The position numbers and the translations under genes were made by a program. Of a stretch of DNA of 64,000 nucleotides, positions 1-17,428 are shown piece by piece. The stretch is taken from NCBI RefSeq assembly GCF_009914755.1, contig NC_060926.1. One strand, 5' to 3'. Positions within the stretch are counted from its first letter, which is position 1; every line of letters starts with the position of its first letter. The notes under the pieces were generated by a model. That model did no database searches, was not told the origin of the DNA, and was given only the letters and a program-made list of their open reading frames with translations. Source of the DNA: the human T2T-CHM13v2.0 reference genome, Homo sapiens.

Positions 1-1698
1 GAAGAGCTACAGCACAGCTGACTTCATTTCCACCTACTCACAATCACCCTGATTGGAGCTTTAGGTGTTCCTAAACCCAGCAGTCTAATTTTTACAGAGA
101 AGCTCCATTTTAAAGACAGCTCCCACATCTTTTGTGTGTGGACACTCTCAGTGGAATTCTCACACAGTCACTTTATTTCTAAGAGGAGAAGAATGGAGTA
201 GTAGGTGGTGACTACCTGGTGACCAGGGCTTAGAGCCAACTTCTTTGGACTGACATCCCCCTTCAAGGGAGTAAGTGTGTGTGGCAAGGGGACCATACAT
301 GAGGTTGGAATTGGCTGGTAAGGTAAGGAAAGGCAGCAACTGGTTTGAGCCCTGTAACTAAGTGGCACCAAGGCCAAAGAGGGAAAGAAAACAAGAGGGA
401 ATAAAGGAAGAGAAGGTGAAGGTCAGGATTTCCTTGGCTGGTGTCAGGTGTCGGGTGGGCACCCACTGAGGCTGGTCTGGCAGGAGGGGGCAGTGGGTCT
501 GGGGGGAGGTGGGAGCTGACAGGAGGCTCCTCTGTCTGGAGACCAGGCACAGAGAAGAAAATCCTCCTGCCATTTGCCGGGAAACTCACTCACTCTTCTG
601 GCCTGTGATGAGGCCCTGGGCAGATTCTCCTTCCTATAGCCTCACATAGGAATGCCACTTCTCACCAGAAGGGCTGTTTCTGCTGGATAGGGTGAGGCAT
701 TACTTTTAGACATTTACAGAATATGTTCTCCTCAGCACAGCTGTGAGGCCCTTTCCTACTCAAGGGCTGTGAACCTGAAGGCAACTCCTCAACCCCTGAA
801 ATAGAACTGTGGTGGTACCTACCCCTCTCATTCTGTGCATTGCCCAAATCAAAAATGTATCTTGATATTATATAGTATGGTTATGCCTGAGATAAAGCAT
901 ACATACCAGAATTTATGTTTCTACTTATTTTTAAAAAATACTTGTTATGTAATACTATTTACGAAATGGAAATGAAAAATCAAAATATTTTCACAAGCGG
1001 GGCAAGCTGTAACCTGTGCTCCTGGATGCCAGCTCTACTCACCAGGAGCATCAAGCTCATTAGCAGGGTGAGAAACTGAGGCAAGTGGCAAGTGTTGGCT
1101 GTGTAGTTGTGACTTGTTGCAAAGGAGAGAAATTGACAACAGGGATTCCTGTCACTTTAATTCCCTGAAACTTCAGCCTCTAGCAAGAGCTCTGTTAAAC
1201 CTGCTTTTAGACATAGGCATCTATCTGGAGCCCCTGGGTCTTGTAGGGAATGCAGAGCTCAGATTTCATGTCCGTATAACATGGCCCTACAGCATGTGGC
1301 TCATTCTCCCAGGAAGATTGGCCCTAGAGCTTGTTGTGTCAGCTTTGAAATGTCTTGTTAAGATGTCACATTTCCCCAGACTGGGGAAATAGAAACTTTA
1401 AGAAGAGCAGCTAGTGAGGAATACACTATAATAAAAAGTAATATGACCCAGATTTTTCTTTTAAAGTGAGAAAACTCTTTCACTCACCTTAGCCATTAAG
1501 GAATGGCCCCTGAAGGCAGGGATTTTTTTTTTCTTCCAGGCAAGAAGGTGGCTTCAGATCATAGTCTATAGGCTGCCTTCTGCCATGGAGAAGGCAGTTG
1601 TGTTTGGGTTGTGTGTGTGCATGAGGATTAGGCTCTGTGCATGGAATAAAGCATTTTAGTACTAACAGGGTCAGGGAACATCTATGTGTGTAGCGTGG

Positions 1699-1812
1699 GT
1701 TGGTAACCAGCTGGTCTTGATTTACCTGGGGTTTTCCCAGTTTCAAAACTAAAAGCCCCACATCTAGGGAAACCCCTCAGTTCCAGGAAAACCAGGATGG
1801 TTGGTCACTTTA
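1699..1812 (+). mobile_element. MER81-like non-autonomous hAT-Blackjack DNA transposon
   Basis: ~114 bp with degenerate TIRs (tggtaaccag...ggttggtcacttta) and internal ggaaacccctcagttccagg typical of MER81. Confidence 0.75.
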
Positions 1813-2049
1813 GATGTGGAAGCACTGAGAACCTGCTGTCATTTTCCCTCACTGGCATGTGACAGGGCTTATCATCCACTATTTAAGATCTATTCTTTTG
1901 AGTCCAGGAATTGTCCCATGTTAAAATGCAGGCAGCTTTAAGAAGAGTGACCCATTAAACCATTAAAGCTGAGAAGCGGCATTCTACACAGCTGATTATT
2001 CCCTCCTGCTTAACTGTCTCTTTCCTCAGGGATATACAGATTAAGACCA

Positions 2050-2875
2050 CAATAGGATAGCATTTTACATTTACTAGCTAGGGAAGAAATAAAAAGTCTG
2101 ACAATACCAGGTGTTGGTATGGACATGCTACAACAGGAACTCTTATTTACTGCTGGTGGGTGTGTAAATTCGTGCACCTACTTTGGAAAACAATTATCTT
2201 ACAAAGTTGAACATGTGCAAACCCAAATGAATTTCACTTTAAAACATATGTCGGAGAGAAGCTCTTGTACTTGGGCCTCAGGAATCATATGAAGAGAGGG
2301 ATTCTATGACCTAATAATGCTTTAGTTCACAAGATGGGTGTTAGGATTACTTGTTTCAAATTATTATTATGTCCCATACTTACATATATGCTATATACAT
2401 TCATTTGTAAAAATAAAAATATATGATAACTATTTTAGGAAAATAAGGCAGAATAAATCAAAATATGTCAATGTTCACAATAAATGTAAAAACTAAATTC
2501 ATCAGTTAAAGGACAGGGATGATAAGAATGTGTTTAAACAGCAACAATAACAACAAGAACAAATTCAGCTAATTGCTGTTTGTTAGAGACATATGTGAAA
2601 TGTAAAGACTCAGATTAAAAGTAAAAGGACAGAAGAAGATATTTTAAGCTAGAAGTAAATATGTTAACATCAGACAAATGACGTTAAAGCAAAAATAGGA
2701 ATATATAATCTTAATGTCCAACATTAGGAATTCATAGTTTTTACAAAATCACCATAAAGCTATAACTTGTTTGAATCTACATAACATGTCTTCAGTGTGT
2801 ATAAAGCAAATCCCAACAGAATTAATAGAAGAATTGGACAAATTCACAACCATAGTGGGAGATTTAAACACAGCA
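2050..2875 (+). mobile_element. Old L1M (L1ME-like) fragments: 3' ORF2/UTR piece followed by an endonuclease-region piece
   Basis: aaaaagtctgacaataccaggtgttgg...ctgctggtgggtgtgtaaatt and ttcacaaccatagtgggagatttaaacac are degenerate L1 motifs; no intact ORF. Confidence 0.65.
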
Positions 2876-3814
2876 TATGAATGGCAGGTTTGTGCTTTGA
2901 TCTGCCTTTGCTGCTTATTCTGTCCTTTCTTATTTTCTACTGGACTTTAAGCAAGTCTCTTCCTTCTGTTAGACCTTAGTTTCTTGCACCTGAAAAGAGG
3001 GAATTGGACCAGATGGGTGAGGACTCCATGAAATAACCATACTCCCATGCCAGTCAGTGCCTGGAAAAAGCCTTGTCACATGATGGATGCTTCTGAGACC
3101 AGTGGCAGCTGGCGCTGTTTACTCAGCATGTCCCAGGAGAATCCATCACCTGTTGTCTTTCCTGAAAACGCCACTCTCAAATCCCCCTTACTGATTGCAG
3201 GCAGCTTTGCACACACAGAAGCTTATAAACCTTTTTGTCAGCTCAAGGGCCAACAGAGTGAAAACTCATAGACCCAGCTTCTTGGAGCTACATGTTTGGT
3301 TTGTCTCTCAGAGTCAATTAGGAGGTGAGAGAGGAAGTCAGTATAGACTGATTCCACTGGCGGGCTGACACTAACAGGACATGCATGCTTGGAAACATGG
3401 AAGGGGCCATCTGTGAAAGCTTGGAGTACAGCTTCCCTAAATGGTAATTTCAAACGCAGCATAAAAAGATGAACTGGGAAATGCTAGTTTGGTAACATGG
3501 AGCCCGAGACCAGGAGTCAGGAGCCTGGTGCTGGTTTTCTGGACCTGACAATCACTGGGGCAACGTTAGCCAAGGTGCTGCTTGTCTCTACATCTCTTCC
3601 TCATTTCTGAAGTGATGGGATTGTGTTCTAACTTCTGAGGCCTTCGCATCTTCGGTAAGGCCTGAGAACTCTAAGTTTTGGTAGGATATCTCTTTTGTTA
3701 ATTGACTTTTTTATTCAGTAGGAAGGGGGAAGTGAGCTAAAATTTACCAGGTGCCTACTAGCTTCCGCTTTACACAGGTAATTTCATGTAATTTTCACCA
3801 CACATCTATTATTA

Positions 3815-4217
<403 letters not shown>

Positions 4218-5134
4218 TAACCACCTTCTCCAGTGGGTAGGACACCTCCAGTAAGAAGTTAGATGGACCTACTGTGAATTTTCATTCCTGTAAGGTAGAC
4301 TCTTCCAGAAGAAGCTGAGAGGAGAGGTTGTTGGTAAAATCCACAAGTATCTGATAATTGATGTGGGAACAACACAATACACAAACATCCTGGTAAATGA
4401 TGCTTAGCAGGCTATCCTGAGGCAGAAGCCTGCAGGTAACAGGTCAGTGTCTGCATTCATTAATTCCTGTGTCCATTTATTGAATTTTTTTGGTGTTTAC
4501 TGTGGATCAGGCCTGAGATGCTGGGGTAACAGTGATGAACAACACAGACCAGCCCTCCTGTCTTGTACTTCAAATCTACTGAGAATTTAGGGGCATCCTT
4601 GGGAGTATGGAGCTGTACCCATCCCCAGATAAGAGGTATAAGGGAAGGCCCCCAGGAACATAACCCATTAATGATCTTTTCCTCTTTCCTTTCTCCTCCA
4701 ATTTCCCAATTTTAGTCAGTCCAAGCTCTGTGTTCATCTCATTTTCTTCCCATAATCAAACTTAAATCAGTGAGCTCAAGTTGGAAAGCTCATTCATATC
4801 TATTGCATTACCTCTTCTGGAGAATCTGCATTTTAACCTAGGACTCCTGAGATTGAATTAACCACTTCTCTACTGGCGTAACTGCTATTACTGCAGCAGG
4901 ACGGTGTTTCAAATCAAGAGTGAGGGGGTGTTCCCCAGATCACCGAGGTAGGTCTCTACTACCATCATGGAGGTCTAGAACAGTGGCACAGAGCTTACCT
5001 GAAAGAGCTGTGAAGTGTGACGATTTTGACTACAATACTTAGCTGAATTATGAGCCTAGTTCAGTGCCCCCATTCAGATTCTATTTGGGCTCTTGTCTCT
5101 TTTGAACTTGGAGTTTTGCATGTTTTTTTTTTTT

Positions 5135-5300
5135 AAGTTGCATGACCTTGAGTGATTTCTAAACTCTCTGAATCTCAACTTATGTATCTGTAGAGAAGAG
5201 ATTATAGCCCTCCTCACAGGAGGTTGTGAGGATCAAATGAGATGATTCATTTAAAGAGCCTAGCACAGTACCTGCCTCATGGTAGGAGCTAGATAAAAAC
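5135..5300 (+). mobile_element. MIR SINE fragment
   Basis: tgaccttgagtgatttctaaactctctgaatctcaac...gttgtgaggatcaaatgagat...cctagcacagtacctg MIR core. Confidence 0.75.
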
Positions 5301-5864
5301 TTAAAATTATTTAAAATAATAAGAGTTTAATTTCTATTAGTCTCTACCTTGTCTCTATTTTATTATTTTTTTCTTTGTATTAAGATACTCTTCTTCTAGC
5401 CAATATATCCAATGGCATCTTTGTTTGCTCTCCCATGTTCCACCTGAACCTACTCCAGTCACATCATTTGTGCCATTTCCAACATCATGGGGGTAGAACA
5501 AACACGAAACTGTGCCCTTGTAGGAGTGTATTCAGGGAAACCAAGAATTTTCTTTGCATCAGAAGAGCAAATAGTAATTCTAAGTGGTTTTCAAACGATG
5601 GATATTCCAGGTTTATTTATTCCTTTTCTGATAATCATTCTGTATGCAAAATGCTGAGCACCATGATCCATCTTTTGTAGGTTCTGGGTGAAGAGAGCTT
5701 TCGTTGCTTTAGACCCCCTTTTCCTACTCACTCTCCATCTAGTCACAAATCCTGAAGAGTCTCAGTATTTTAAGGGAAAAATATGACAAAATATTCTCAA
5801 GTTCAGGTAAAGTAAACATACACTCTGGCAAACACATCGAAACATCAAAATCCTGTCTGTGCTT

Positions 5865-6075
5865 GAGGTCCTACCAGTGCTGGGGAGCTCACCACCTCAC
5901 CAGGCAGCCTATACCATTAATTTCCAGGAGTAATTATTCCTGAAGTTGCCTTTATATAGAAGCCACATGATATACCTTCACATCCCTTCCATTCATTTGT
6001 CCTAATTTTGCTCTCTGGAGCAACCCAAAGTAAGTCCCATGCCTCTTCCATGTGACAGCTTTTCACTCTCTCTTT
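5865..6075 (-). mobile_element. L3/CR1 LINE fragment
   Basis: ggggagctcaccacctcaccaggcagcc...ctctggagcaac...ctcttccatgtgacagc is a typical CR1/L3 3' region. Confidence 0.55.
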
Positions 6076-6738
6076 CATATACTTCCCTTCCTGTCCAACA
6101 CATGGCCGCTGCTGTAGGGTTGCTATCATTTTGAATGAGCTACTATAATAAGTTTCCTGAGCATGTCTCTCTGTGTGTAGTCTTTCTCCCTTCCAACCCA
6201 TCTTCCCCATTCGTGCCAGATTTCTATTCCCCAAACCCAGTTACTTTCTACTGGTTAAAGTGTTAAATTTGGCACTTGGGCCAGTGCTGCTGCCTGTGGT
6301 GTCCTCCCTGCTGTCCACTGGTAGCCCCACCATGCCCAGTCTGTCTTTCTTGATTTCCCTCCTAATGTAACCCTACACCAGTGGTACCCAGTGCTATCTC
6401 CAGGCACCATGGACAATTTGTTGCCAAAAATACCTTGTGATTTTCTGCCTCCTTGATTTCACTTGTTCCATATTTATTCTTTCTCTTGAAGGTTCCCCCA
6501 CTTCACCCTCTGTGTTCAAACTGGATTCATTTACATCTCAGGAAAAGTCCAAACTGTGCATCTAAACCTAATGCCTTTTTTTTTTTTTTTTTTTTGGTCT
6601 CACTCTGGAATGAGTCATTTCCATTCATCCTCTGAGAGATTGCTCTGCAGGGGGTTAAACCAGTCGTAACAATGTTCTGGAGTATTGATCCCATGTTGGT
6701 CTTTGGAGTTATCTGGGGAAGAAAGAAAGACTGCAGGT

Positions 6739-6967
6739 GGAGAAACCACCATACTGCCTCAGCAGCTGTGTCACTCTGGGCAGGTTGCTGCATCACAAGG
6801 TACAGAGAAGTTTGGCAGAAACTAATTTTGAAATAATTAAGTTGTTCTGTCCACAGATCATAGCACTAGAAGCAGTTACCCTCCAATCTTGCAAAAGGTT
6901 ATTATATATCTATTACTTATACTTCGAGATAGTAAGATTGAGATAAGGTTAATTGTTACTGAAATTA
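6739..6967 (+). repeat. Copy A of an old local direct duplication (copy B at 8720-8738 + 12000-12409)
   Basis: 6874-6967 aligns without gaps to 12316-12409 with 15 mismatches in 94 nt (hand count); gggcag(g)ttgctgcatcacaaggt is also shared. Confidence 0.9.
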
Positions 6968-7144
6968 GAAATCTAAATGCAACTAGAACTTTCTAATTAA
7001 GTTGGTGTAAATATTTAAAAGAGTATAATGCACATTTCAAAGGGGTGAATGCTAAACGTCCCTTTGAAATGTGCTGAGGAAGAGAAATGCAGTGCTCAGT
7101 CACTCCGTCCTGGAAAAAGGTTGGCTCTTCAAGAGGCAGAACTC

Positions 7145-7202
7145 ACACAAAGCACATGCATGACAACACACATGCACACACACATGCAGGCATACACACA
7201 CA
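7145..7202. repeat. Degenerate (CA)n microsatellite
   Basis: cacacaaagcacatgcatgacaacacacatgcacacacacatgcaggcatacacacaca. Confidence 0.75.
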
Positions 7203-7929
7203 ACCATCATCTCTTCACTTGAGCATCTATCGCCATTGGTATGCTCAAAAATAGCTATTTATCTGGATTTTTTATTCCCACAATCACTGTCCCATTGGGT
7301 CAGTTATAGTTAGATTTTATAGTCTTCCTAGATCAGAACTTTGGAAACATATTGAATTGCCCATTATATAAGAGCATTATTAACTGGCTTAGGAACCTGA
7401 TGTCTAGAGCCATCACTTGGTTTAGGGGGAAATCACCTAACTACAGAGGACAGAAGATCAGAGCCTTCATTCAAGCTCTTCTATTCACCAATCTCATGAG
7501 CTTAAATAAGTCTTTTATCCTTTCCTATTTCCAGGCAGGGTTAGCAGATCCATTGCCTACTTCCCAGGCCTGTTGTGAGGATATATAGAAATAACTGGTG
7601 TGAAAATACTTAGGAAAGTTAAAAAATGCACCCAAATATTATTGTTGTTGATGTAATTATTACTCAGTTATTACCCTATTAGCTGATAGATTAGCACATA
7701 CAAAAGAAATACTTCTTAAACCATCTCCACCTGGGATGGGGATAATTGGAAGGAAGGAAGCCGTGGGTAGAAATTAGATAAGGAAATAGAAAAGACAGAA
7801 TGAGAATGGATGAATGAGTCAGGAAGAGTGAGGGAAGGATTATTTTTACAAAACCAACTGGGAAATTGCTATAATTCCAGGCCCTATGGCAGACTGCTCG
7901 AGAGAAAAATGGGCATGCCAATCAATGCA

Positions 7930-8403
7930 TCAGCCTCTCAATTCACCACACCAGAGGTGCTAGGAGGAATACAAAAGAAGAGCCAGGCCTGCCCTGGGGG
8001 AAATCACTTTGAATATAGAAACACGATGTAAATTAGTAAACAAAACAAGACTGTATAATAATTAACAAAAAATTGTATAACGGGCGTGTATTAGTGCTGC
8101 CAGGCCTACCTTTATATGAAGGCAAGAGGGGTTCCTGTCCTTGGTCCTGTGATACAGGGGTCCCACGAAGGCTCTTCCATGACCAGCCCACCACCATATG
8201 GTGAAAAATCTGCAGGACCAAGAACCCTCTACCCTCATTATGCTGTTAGACAGGGGATGCTGAAATTCCCTGGAGCCTCTTCTAGGGCCTGTGTGAGCCT
8301 CTTCCATTGGATTAGTCTCTCCAAGGGTGGACCATCCTGCTCTTTTTGCCTTAGGGGTAGCCAAAGGGTGAAAATAACCTGGATGTAGAGATTGGGGTGT
8401 CAC
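7930..8403 (-). mobile_element. Possible ancient LTR remnant (family not assigned)
   Basis: Minus strand starts TGTGACACCCC and contains a TATA-like catataaagg; other end not resolved. Confidence 0.35.
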
Positions 8404-8738
8404 ATGTATAAGACCCCTCTAGGTTGGGGGCAGAGTCAGGGAGGGGTGGAAAAGAAAGTGGGCCAGGATGAGAGCTATGGGCTGCATTGTCCTGCAAGGG
8501 CAAGTTTCCACAAATAATTCCAAGGAGTCCAGGGGTTCAAATCTGGCCTCCAGGTCCACATTAATGCATGTTTTTCAAGGTAAGGGATAGAGATTTTAAT
8601 TCATCATTTATTAGCATGACCTATAACTTAAATATTTAGAGATGATATGCAGACTCTGCTCTTGTTTCTGACTTGCAAATGTTAGTTATAGGTCTGAGTG
8701 CTACAGTAGCTTGTAGAAGGGAGAAACCAACATTTCTT

Positions 8739-11997
<3,259 letters not shown>

Positions 11998-12067
11998 TTA
12001 AGCCGATGCATCACCTTGGGCAGTTGCTGCATCACAAGGTCCAAAGAAGTTTGCCTGTCAGAAGCTG

Positions 12068-12297
12068 ATTTTATCCCCCTTACTCCAACCAATCAACACC
12101 CCCAATTTTCCAGCCCCTTACCCTCCATGATCTCCTAAAAAACCCAGCCCAGAACTCCTTGGGGAGATAAATTTGAGGATCTTCTCCCATCTCCTCACTT
12201 GGTGTCCTGCAATCATTTCTCTTTCTCTGCCACTTCTGTCTCAGTGGAATTGGTCTGTTACTGCGCAATGGGCATATAAACCCATTGGTCCTAGCGC
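12068..12297 (+). mobile_element. 3' half of an ERV1 LTR (MER39/MER34 group)
   Basis: ccaaccaatcaacacccccaattttccagcccc...aaaaacccagcccagaactccttggggaga...tgtctcagtggaattggtctgttactgcgca resembles the MER39B-type LTR 3' end; interrupts copy B of the duplication. Confidence 0.7.
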
Positions 12298-13224
12298 AAT
12301 CGCACTGGAGGAAGTAGTTACTCTCCAATCTTGCAAAAGATTGTTGCATGTTTATTACTTATACTTCAGAATATTAAGATTGGGAGAAAGTTAATTCTTA
12401 CTGAAATTAACGGCAAATATCATGGAGGATTTGAGGAGGTGGGATCTGACTTTTGCCTTGAGCTAGCTGTTGGGTTGGGAAGGAATTCCAAGGCATGTGA
12501 ATGACTGAGCAATGTCTGGGAGATAATGAGGGTAATAACGGTGACCTGGCTGGAGTCAGTCACTTTTGATTCCTTCCAGTCCCAACCACTCTCCCTACTC
12601 TTCCCTGGGGTTAAATTCCCACCCTTTTTTCATATCTTATTGAAGCTCTACTCACTTGTTAGAACATTTTCAGATTTCCTCATTCCATAAACTCATTCTC
12701 TTTCTCTGATCCCCTCTGGAATTCTTTATGTACACCACTAGTATGCACCAGTATTTTTAGAGAAGCTATTGTATGTGACACCGTAGATTAGTTGGCACTA
12801 CCCAGTATAGAATTTAATTATGAAAGTAATAGTTTCTGGAGTATTAGTTTCATGTTCTTAGAAGTTCCCAGAGATCAAGAGCTCTTCAGTTAAACCCAAA
12901 GTGACTATGAAACTGGGCTGTAACAAGGTCATCTTAACAGTTCTGTGTTGTTTGGGTTGAGGAGAGAGAAAATGGAAGAGGAGGAACAATTATTGGTCTC
13001 CTCAAACTTTTCCAGGAAAGTTGCTTCTCACAGCAGAGGAACTGGGAATGTGTATCCTCTGGGGAGACTGAGAGCATAGCCCTAGGCTATGCATGTCAAG
13101 TCTAGACATTTATATAAAATCTCTTGTTTTATCTAAAAACTTCATGCAGATTTTATATTCTAGTCCATGATATGTTTTTGCATGTCTTAAAACAGAATTT
13201 TAAATTACTTATCACTGAGATAAG

Positions 13225-13357
13225 ACAACTGTCTTGTAAGATTTATCATGCCTGTTTTATAAAGTGCAAATTATTCTCAGGTCCAAGTGCAGTACTTGGC
13301 ACACAGTGGACACTCAATAAATATTTACTGACTGACTGACTGACTGAATGAATGAAC
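13225..13357 (+). mobile_element. L2 3' end with (CTGA/ATGA)n tail
   Basis: ggcacacagtggacactcaataaatatttactgactgactgactgactgaatgaatgaa. Confidence 0.8.
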
Positions 13358-13797
13358 CAGGTTGGGGAGTCTCATACACCCAGTCCATTGTACTATATCT
13401 CCAAGAGGAAGCAAGCCTGATTTTGTGAAATGGGGGATTATGATGCTATTTCAATGGTCCATATGTGAGGAAAAGGGCCTGGTCAAGGTTTTGGCAGTGT
13501 AGGGGAAGGATGGATATGAGAGACACTTCAAAGGAATAATAAAAGGGACTAAATTATTGCAAATGGAATCCAAAAATAAGGATGATAATCGGAAATGGGG
13601 AAGTTTCAAAAGAGAGAGAATGTTTAATTCAACTTTGGCCTCTGAGTTTGTGATGACAGTGTCAGATTCAGGTACTCTTAGGTCATATTTCCTAGCAGTG
13701 GGGATTTTGAGAGTCATTGTCAATGTGACAATGACTTTCACCTTTCAATAAAATGTGAAATCTTCAATCTGGTAAGAGAAATCATCACTGTTTAGAC

Positions 13798-14137
13798 CCA
13801 TCTTGCCCAATATGGTAGCCACATGTGGCCAATGAGCCTTGAAATGTGGCTGGTCCAATTGACCTGTGCTGTAAGTTTAAAATACACATTGAATTTTGAA
13901 GACAAGTACACACCCACACTCACACCTATACCCAAAGAATAGAAAATATGTCATTCATACTTTTTATATGGGTAACATGTTGAAATGATACTACTATGGA
14001 TATATAGGTTCAACAATATATACTCTTAAAATTTGTTTCACTCATTTGTACGTTAAGAAATGTGGCTACTAGAAAATTAAAAATTCCACTTGCATCTTGC
14101 ATTTGTAGTTTGCATGTTATTTATATTGACAGTGCTG
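13798..14137. mobile_element. MER33-like hAT-Charlie DNA transposon
   Basis: ccaatatggtagccacatgtggcc...ttgaaatgtggct...tattgacagtgctg; 8-bp TSD-like flanks gtttagac / gtctagaa. Confidence 0.8.
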
Positions 14138-14964
14138 GTCTAGAATGTTGAAGTAAGATGACCTGGTAACAGATCCAGTAGAAGATATCCCAGTAGTTCT
14201 TCCCCAAAGACTACCAGTGATAAACTTCTGCAAACCTCCCTTTGCAAAAAGTGCTTTTCTCTCTGGAGTGTTTGGAAGACACCATTAATAGATGGTTGCA
14301 AACAACAATCATCATTCACCATGCACATTTGACAGAACTTACTATTAAGAAAGGCTGTAGAAGTGTAAACTTGAAACTAATTAAAACCCTTGCCTAAGGA
14401 AGCCCCACCAACCCAAGCAACTTTAAGCAGAAATCTGTGATTAAACGCCGTGTTGTGCTAGTTAACATTTCCCCAGCTGTATCTCCACATTGTCAGTGAC
14501 TCCCCTCACCTCTTGCCATTTGAAACAGTAAATAATTGGGTTTCTGTTCACTTCCTTGCCTTCTTAATCACTTTTCCCCTGCTGAAGTCCAGTCATTTAG
14601 ACATAACTGGTCTATCCCCTTGGAAAATTTGAAATGTTTTTGATATTGAGACTTAAACATCTGTCACAGCTGTAGCAGGTTCAGGAGTCTCATTGCCTCT
14701 TTGCTGTTAGTGGTATTTGGCAAAGTGCTACATAGCATTACATAAAGAACTACTCACTGATGATGAACTCAGCCTCCAGTGGCAGGCATGAAGGGATTGT
14801 TTTTGGAATCCTTCTAAGGAAAGCTCTCCTTTGTGGTGGAATGAACTTCCCTCATCTGTAGTCCCCCCATGTCTCGGTCCTCATTTCTCTAGCTGACGTC
14901 TACCTTGCAGCTGGATCTTGTTAGCTGAAAACTACAACCTATTTCTTTTGAGTTAAAGACTCAA

Positions 14965-15410
14965 ACCATCCATGTAGCCAGTGATGCTTTGCCTGACCTG
15001 CTCCTGCTCCTTCTGTGGCCGCACTCAGCCCACTCTCCTCTGCACCCTGCTCCAGCCACATTGGCTAGCCCTGGCTCTTGTCCTTGATCAGGTCCTGCTG
15101 TCCACCCTTATGTCCTGGCCCTGCAGTGCTCTTTGCCTGGAATACACCCTCCTTCCTTCCCTCTCCACGCAGCTAACTCCTCAAAGCTTAGCTCCTGAAA
15201 TCTCCAGCCTTTTTATTTGCTGTCATGAGGGCCTGAACTTTTCTATCAAAGTGCTTATCACAGCTAATGATATATAGTCAACATGGTTATATAATTATAT
15301 AAAGTATGTGCTTACTACTTGGTTTTAAGTAGCTAGAGGGATAATGTTTGTTTTGTTCACTGTTGTATCCCAGGGTTAGAGACTCAATAAATATTCACTG
15401 AATGAGTGTA
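14965..15410 (+). mobile_element. L2 3' fragment
   Basis: tgctccagccacattggc...tttgcctggaatacaccct...tttgttcactgttgtatcccag...ctcaataaatattcactgaatgagtg. Confidence 0.7.
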
Positions 15411-16889
15411 TAAATGTGTTTGTTATGTTCCTCCTGCAGACTGCTGGAGGCTTCCTGCAGGTGCTGTCTGCATGGCAGGGGGCATTTCTCTGTCCTCTCC
15501 TCCTTCTAGCAGGTGGAGGAGACCCCTGTGCTTTAGACCACAATCACCATGTGTGGGGTGATGGGGGTTTAGGCGGATCGGTGACAAGGAAGGGGGATGG
15601 TATCCCCTTCGCCCCTGAATCTTGAATCATTCTTCCCTTCTTTATTCCCGTGGCTTGGGTTGATTCTCCTCACTCCCTGCAATTTCCTTCTCTCTAATTT
15701 CACATCTTCTCCCTCTTCCCCACAGCTCATCTGCTTTAGCTGCGTGTGGTTGTCTTCCTTCCCTTTCCACATGCTGCCCCCACCCTCCTGTGAGTTTGAC
15801 AGTTTCCCACAGAGAGCATCAAGCTCTCTTGGGATGCATGTAGGCACTTTTCCATCTGATTATAGTGGTTTCTAGTTTTAACGCACCCTAACTGAATCAC
15901 ACAGGTTCAATTAACTTCACCATATGTGCTGCCCTTTGGCCTAGAACACAGGGCTGCAAGGCAGGTACAGAGCTCTAAATTAGTCCACTGGTAGAGAATT
16001 CTTCATCTCCTGGAGATCATAGCTGTCATGACCTTATATAGTAGGTACAGAATGACTTGCCTTTTGCATAAATGAGAACTTTCTTTCATTGGTAAAATCT
16101 TCTAGCTCTCCCTTCAAAGATATACCAAGAAGAATAGCACTTCTCACCACCTCCACTGGCAGCCCCTGCCCTCACCTCCTCCAGGACTCTGCTCAAACTT
16201 GATCTGATAAATGTGTGGACCTAATGTCTTTCTCTTAACTTTTCATTGGACTCCTCCTGGGTTTTACTCTGAAAACAGAAAGACAAACCATTGAGATTAC
16301 GTTAAACATGAGCGGGTTAAGAGCACCCTTTCGGGAGTCATCACTCTTGCTTGAAAGTATCTGATGACTTAAAAGAGACCTTAGAGACTAAGGCAATGGT
16401 TTCAAACTTTAAAAAAATAAGTGGAGCCCTTTCATTAAGTGAAATCATATGTAGAAGACTTTACTTCTGCATGTTTTAGAGAAATGAGATGTTTGGCCAT
16501 GTGGACACATTGCTGAGTCACATGGTGCGCTGGTGGCAGAGGCTGTCAGTACCTTAGGTGAGAGGTGAGGAAAGTGAGGCTGAGAGAGTTTAAATTCTTA
16601 ATGTAGACACTGGGAGCAGTGAAGGGGAATCTGGGCTTGAAGGTCTTGGCTTTGTCACCACTACCACCCCATGTCCTCTCAACCCAGCCAAACCATAGTA
16701 CATTACAAAGGTTTTACAAATCTCAAACAAACAAATTTCTGGAAAGCACCACCTAGACTAAAATAAATGCACCAGCAGCTCATTACCATCTTAATCTTCA
16801 TCAAAATCATCATCATCACCATTCAACTAATTGCCTGTATTTCATTGTTTTGCCAATAAGAAGAGTGTTAGGACTTACCACATACATTT

Positions 16890-17079
16890 GCTAAAACAAA
16901 TATACTCCCCACCTCCTTCAAGTCTGCTCAAAGGTCACTTCTCAATGACATGACCATCTTGCTGGGGTGTGCAGTTCCCTGCTGTGCCCTCCCCTGAATG
17001 TCCATCCTCCTATCCTGTTCTGCTTTTTCTTTTCTTTCCATAGCACTTTTCACTTTCTAACATATGATATAATTTACTT
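16890..17079 (+). mobile_element. L2a fragment
   Basis: cacctccttcaagtctgctcaaaggtcacttctcaatga...ccatagcacttttcactttctaacatatgatataatttactt. Confidence 0.65.
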
Positions 17080-17428
17080 TGTAAACCAAAAATAAAATTC
17101 TAAGGCCCCCCAACCATCTAAACAGACTTCCTCCTCAGCCAGGGCTCTTAAAATTTAATCTGAAAGACTGGTTCAGGCCATGAAGGGAAGTGGGGTCGAA
17201 CAGGCCTCATCATACCTGTATGGGGCATTAACATCAACACGGACTTTAAACATTTCACAGCCTGTTCTCTCTGAAGCCTGCTAGCTAAAAGCTTCACCTG
17301 CATGACAAAACTTTGGTCTCCACAACCTCTTATTGCACCAAACATTCCTTTCTATTGATCCCAAGTCTTTAGACAAACTCAACCAATTGTCAAGCAAAAA
17401 ATGTTTAAATTTACCTATAGCCTGGAAA
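17080..17428 (+). mobile_element. 5' part of a MER4-family (MER4B-like) ERV1 LTR
   Basis: Begins TGTAAACCAAAAATAAAATTCTAAGGCCCCCCAACCATCT; continues to tttaaatttacctatagcctggaa; 3' end absent. Confidence 0.85.

Noticed and set aside
6398-6418. RE1/NRSE-like ctccaggcaccatggacaat
   Set aside because: Extra base in the left half and a poor right half; lies in probable L2-derived sequence.
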